From Chrysomallon squamiferum (lineage: Eukaryota; Animalia; Mollusca), in contig CM022671.1 in assembly GCA_012295275.1 (NCBI GenBank), positions 5,022,001-5,086,000 of the forward strand: a stretch of 64,000 nt of DNA, in the 5' to 3' direction. Positions 63,015 through 64,000 of this stretch are shown one piece after another. The number at the start of each line of letters is the position of its first letter. Within the stretch, counting starts at the first letter, position 1. The notes beneath the pieces are model-generated. The model had not been told where the DNA came from. It saw only the letters and a list, made by a program, of their open reading frames with translations, and made no database searches. The translations under genes and the position numbers were made by a program.

Positions 63015-64000
63015 CTGTAGCAGTATTTTTATTTTTTAAAATATTATTTATTTATATTTACTTACTATTTTTATTTTTTTCCCCCTGATATAAAATTTCT
63101 TGTATCCACTAGAATAGTGAATCGGTGGATGAGTGTTCGAGTTTAAATTTTAATTAATTAATTATTTAATTAATTTATTTATTTATTTATTTATTTTTTT
63201 TATTTTTTTCTTAATTCCTCTATTTATTACTATTTTAAATTACTGTTGTTGTTGTTGTTCGCTGTTGCTAATTAATTTATTTATTTCTTTAGGGTATTTA
63301 TTTATGTTTTTAAAATCATTCCTCGCCATTTTTCAGACTAAATGAGAAATACAGACCTCGTTTCAAACTGCGAATCAGGTATTTTTAATCAGTACCAGAC
63401 ACACATAATTTATGTAGATATGTAATTATATAAACGTGCTGTATATAATATGCATACAGATAACCGAACAGAACAGAACAAATAAATAAAACGATCAAAT
63501 ATAATACTTGATATTCAAAATTGTCATTTGTTGGCAATTCAAATAAGCGCAGTTTTCTAATACTGTGATTTCGTAGCACTCTTTAATAAATATAAATATC
63601 ACGAGGGGAAATAAATATTAACATTTTTATTATCACAAAGTGGCGCTGCGTGTTGTTTGTTATTTTAATCTGATTAAAAGGAGTGTTACTGAACCGAATC
63701 AGTGAGTCCAAGTTCTTTAAATTACAGGTCACTTAAGAAAAATGCACCGTTATAGTTCTCAGATAAAACCAAACAAATAAAGAGTACGAACACGACATAA
63801 TAGTTTTGTTGTTAGGCTGAAGACTTTCTGATTTAGCTATTTCGCACGTTTATTCCTTTGATGTTAAGTAAATTTTGATAAAACTGACAAGTTGTAAAAT
63901 GCGTTTATCAGTGATGGATTAAAATGAATAAGTAAATAAATAAACAAATAAATGTTTTGAAGATAAGAACTTAATAAATACAAAGACGGAAAAAGAAATG

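Overview
AT-rich, microsatellite-laden animal genomic DNA with spliceosomal GT-AG introns. It is probably a lophotrochozoan such as a mollusc; this is inferred from composition, intron sizes and gene content, not proven. Seven protein-coding genes can be assembled by hand: the 3' part of major vault protein (MVP, +), an RNF34/RFFL-type FYVE-RING E3 ligase (-), GPI transamidase subunit PIGK/GPI8 with an intronless CDS (+), argininosuccinate lyase (ASL, +, 16 coding exons), a KCTD7/KCTD14-like BTB protein (-), an MptpB/IphP-like (Y_phosphatase3) Cys-based phosphatase (+), and an ABCB half-transporter with an extra N-terminal membrane domain (-). No prokaryote-style system such as CRISPR, an operon or an intact transposase is present. 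The most notable signals are: (1) a single +1 frame break in the otherwise intact ABCB gene, at the boundary between the N-terminal membrane domain and the core and next to a TTTAAAAAAG run; (2) a phosphatase family better known from bacteria, fungi and protists; (3) a cluster of ATF4/C-EBP amino-acid-response motifs upstream of ASL; (4) ASL-KCTD7 linkage and ASL intron positions shared with human; (5) a possible unannotated spliced minus-strand transcript or micro-ORF between PIGK and ASL; (6) a degenerate tRNA-Trp-like relic, several MITEs and a 177-nt palindrome. I cannot claim a demonstrated new biological system; these are leads.
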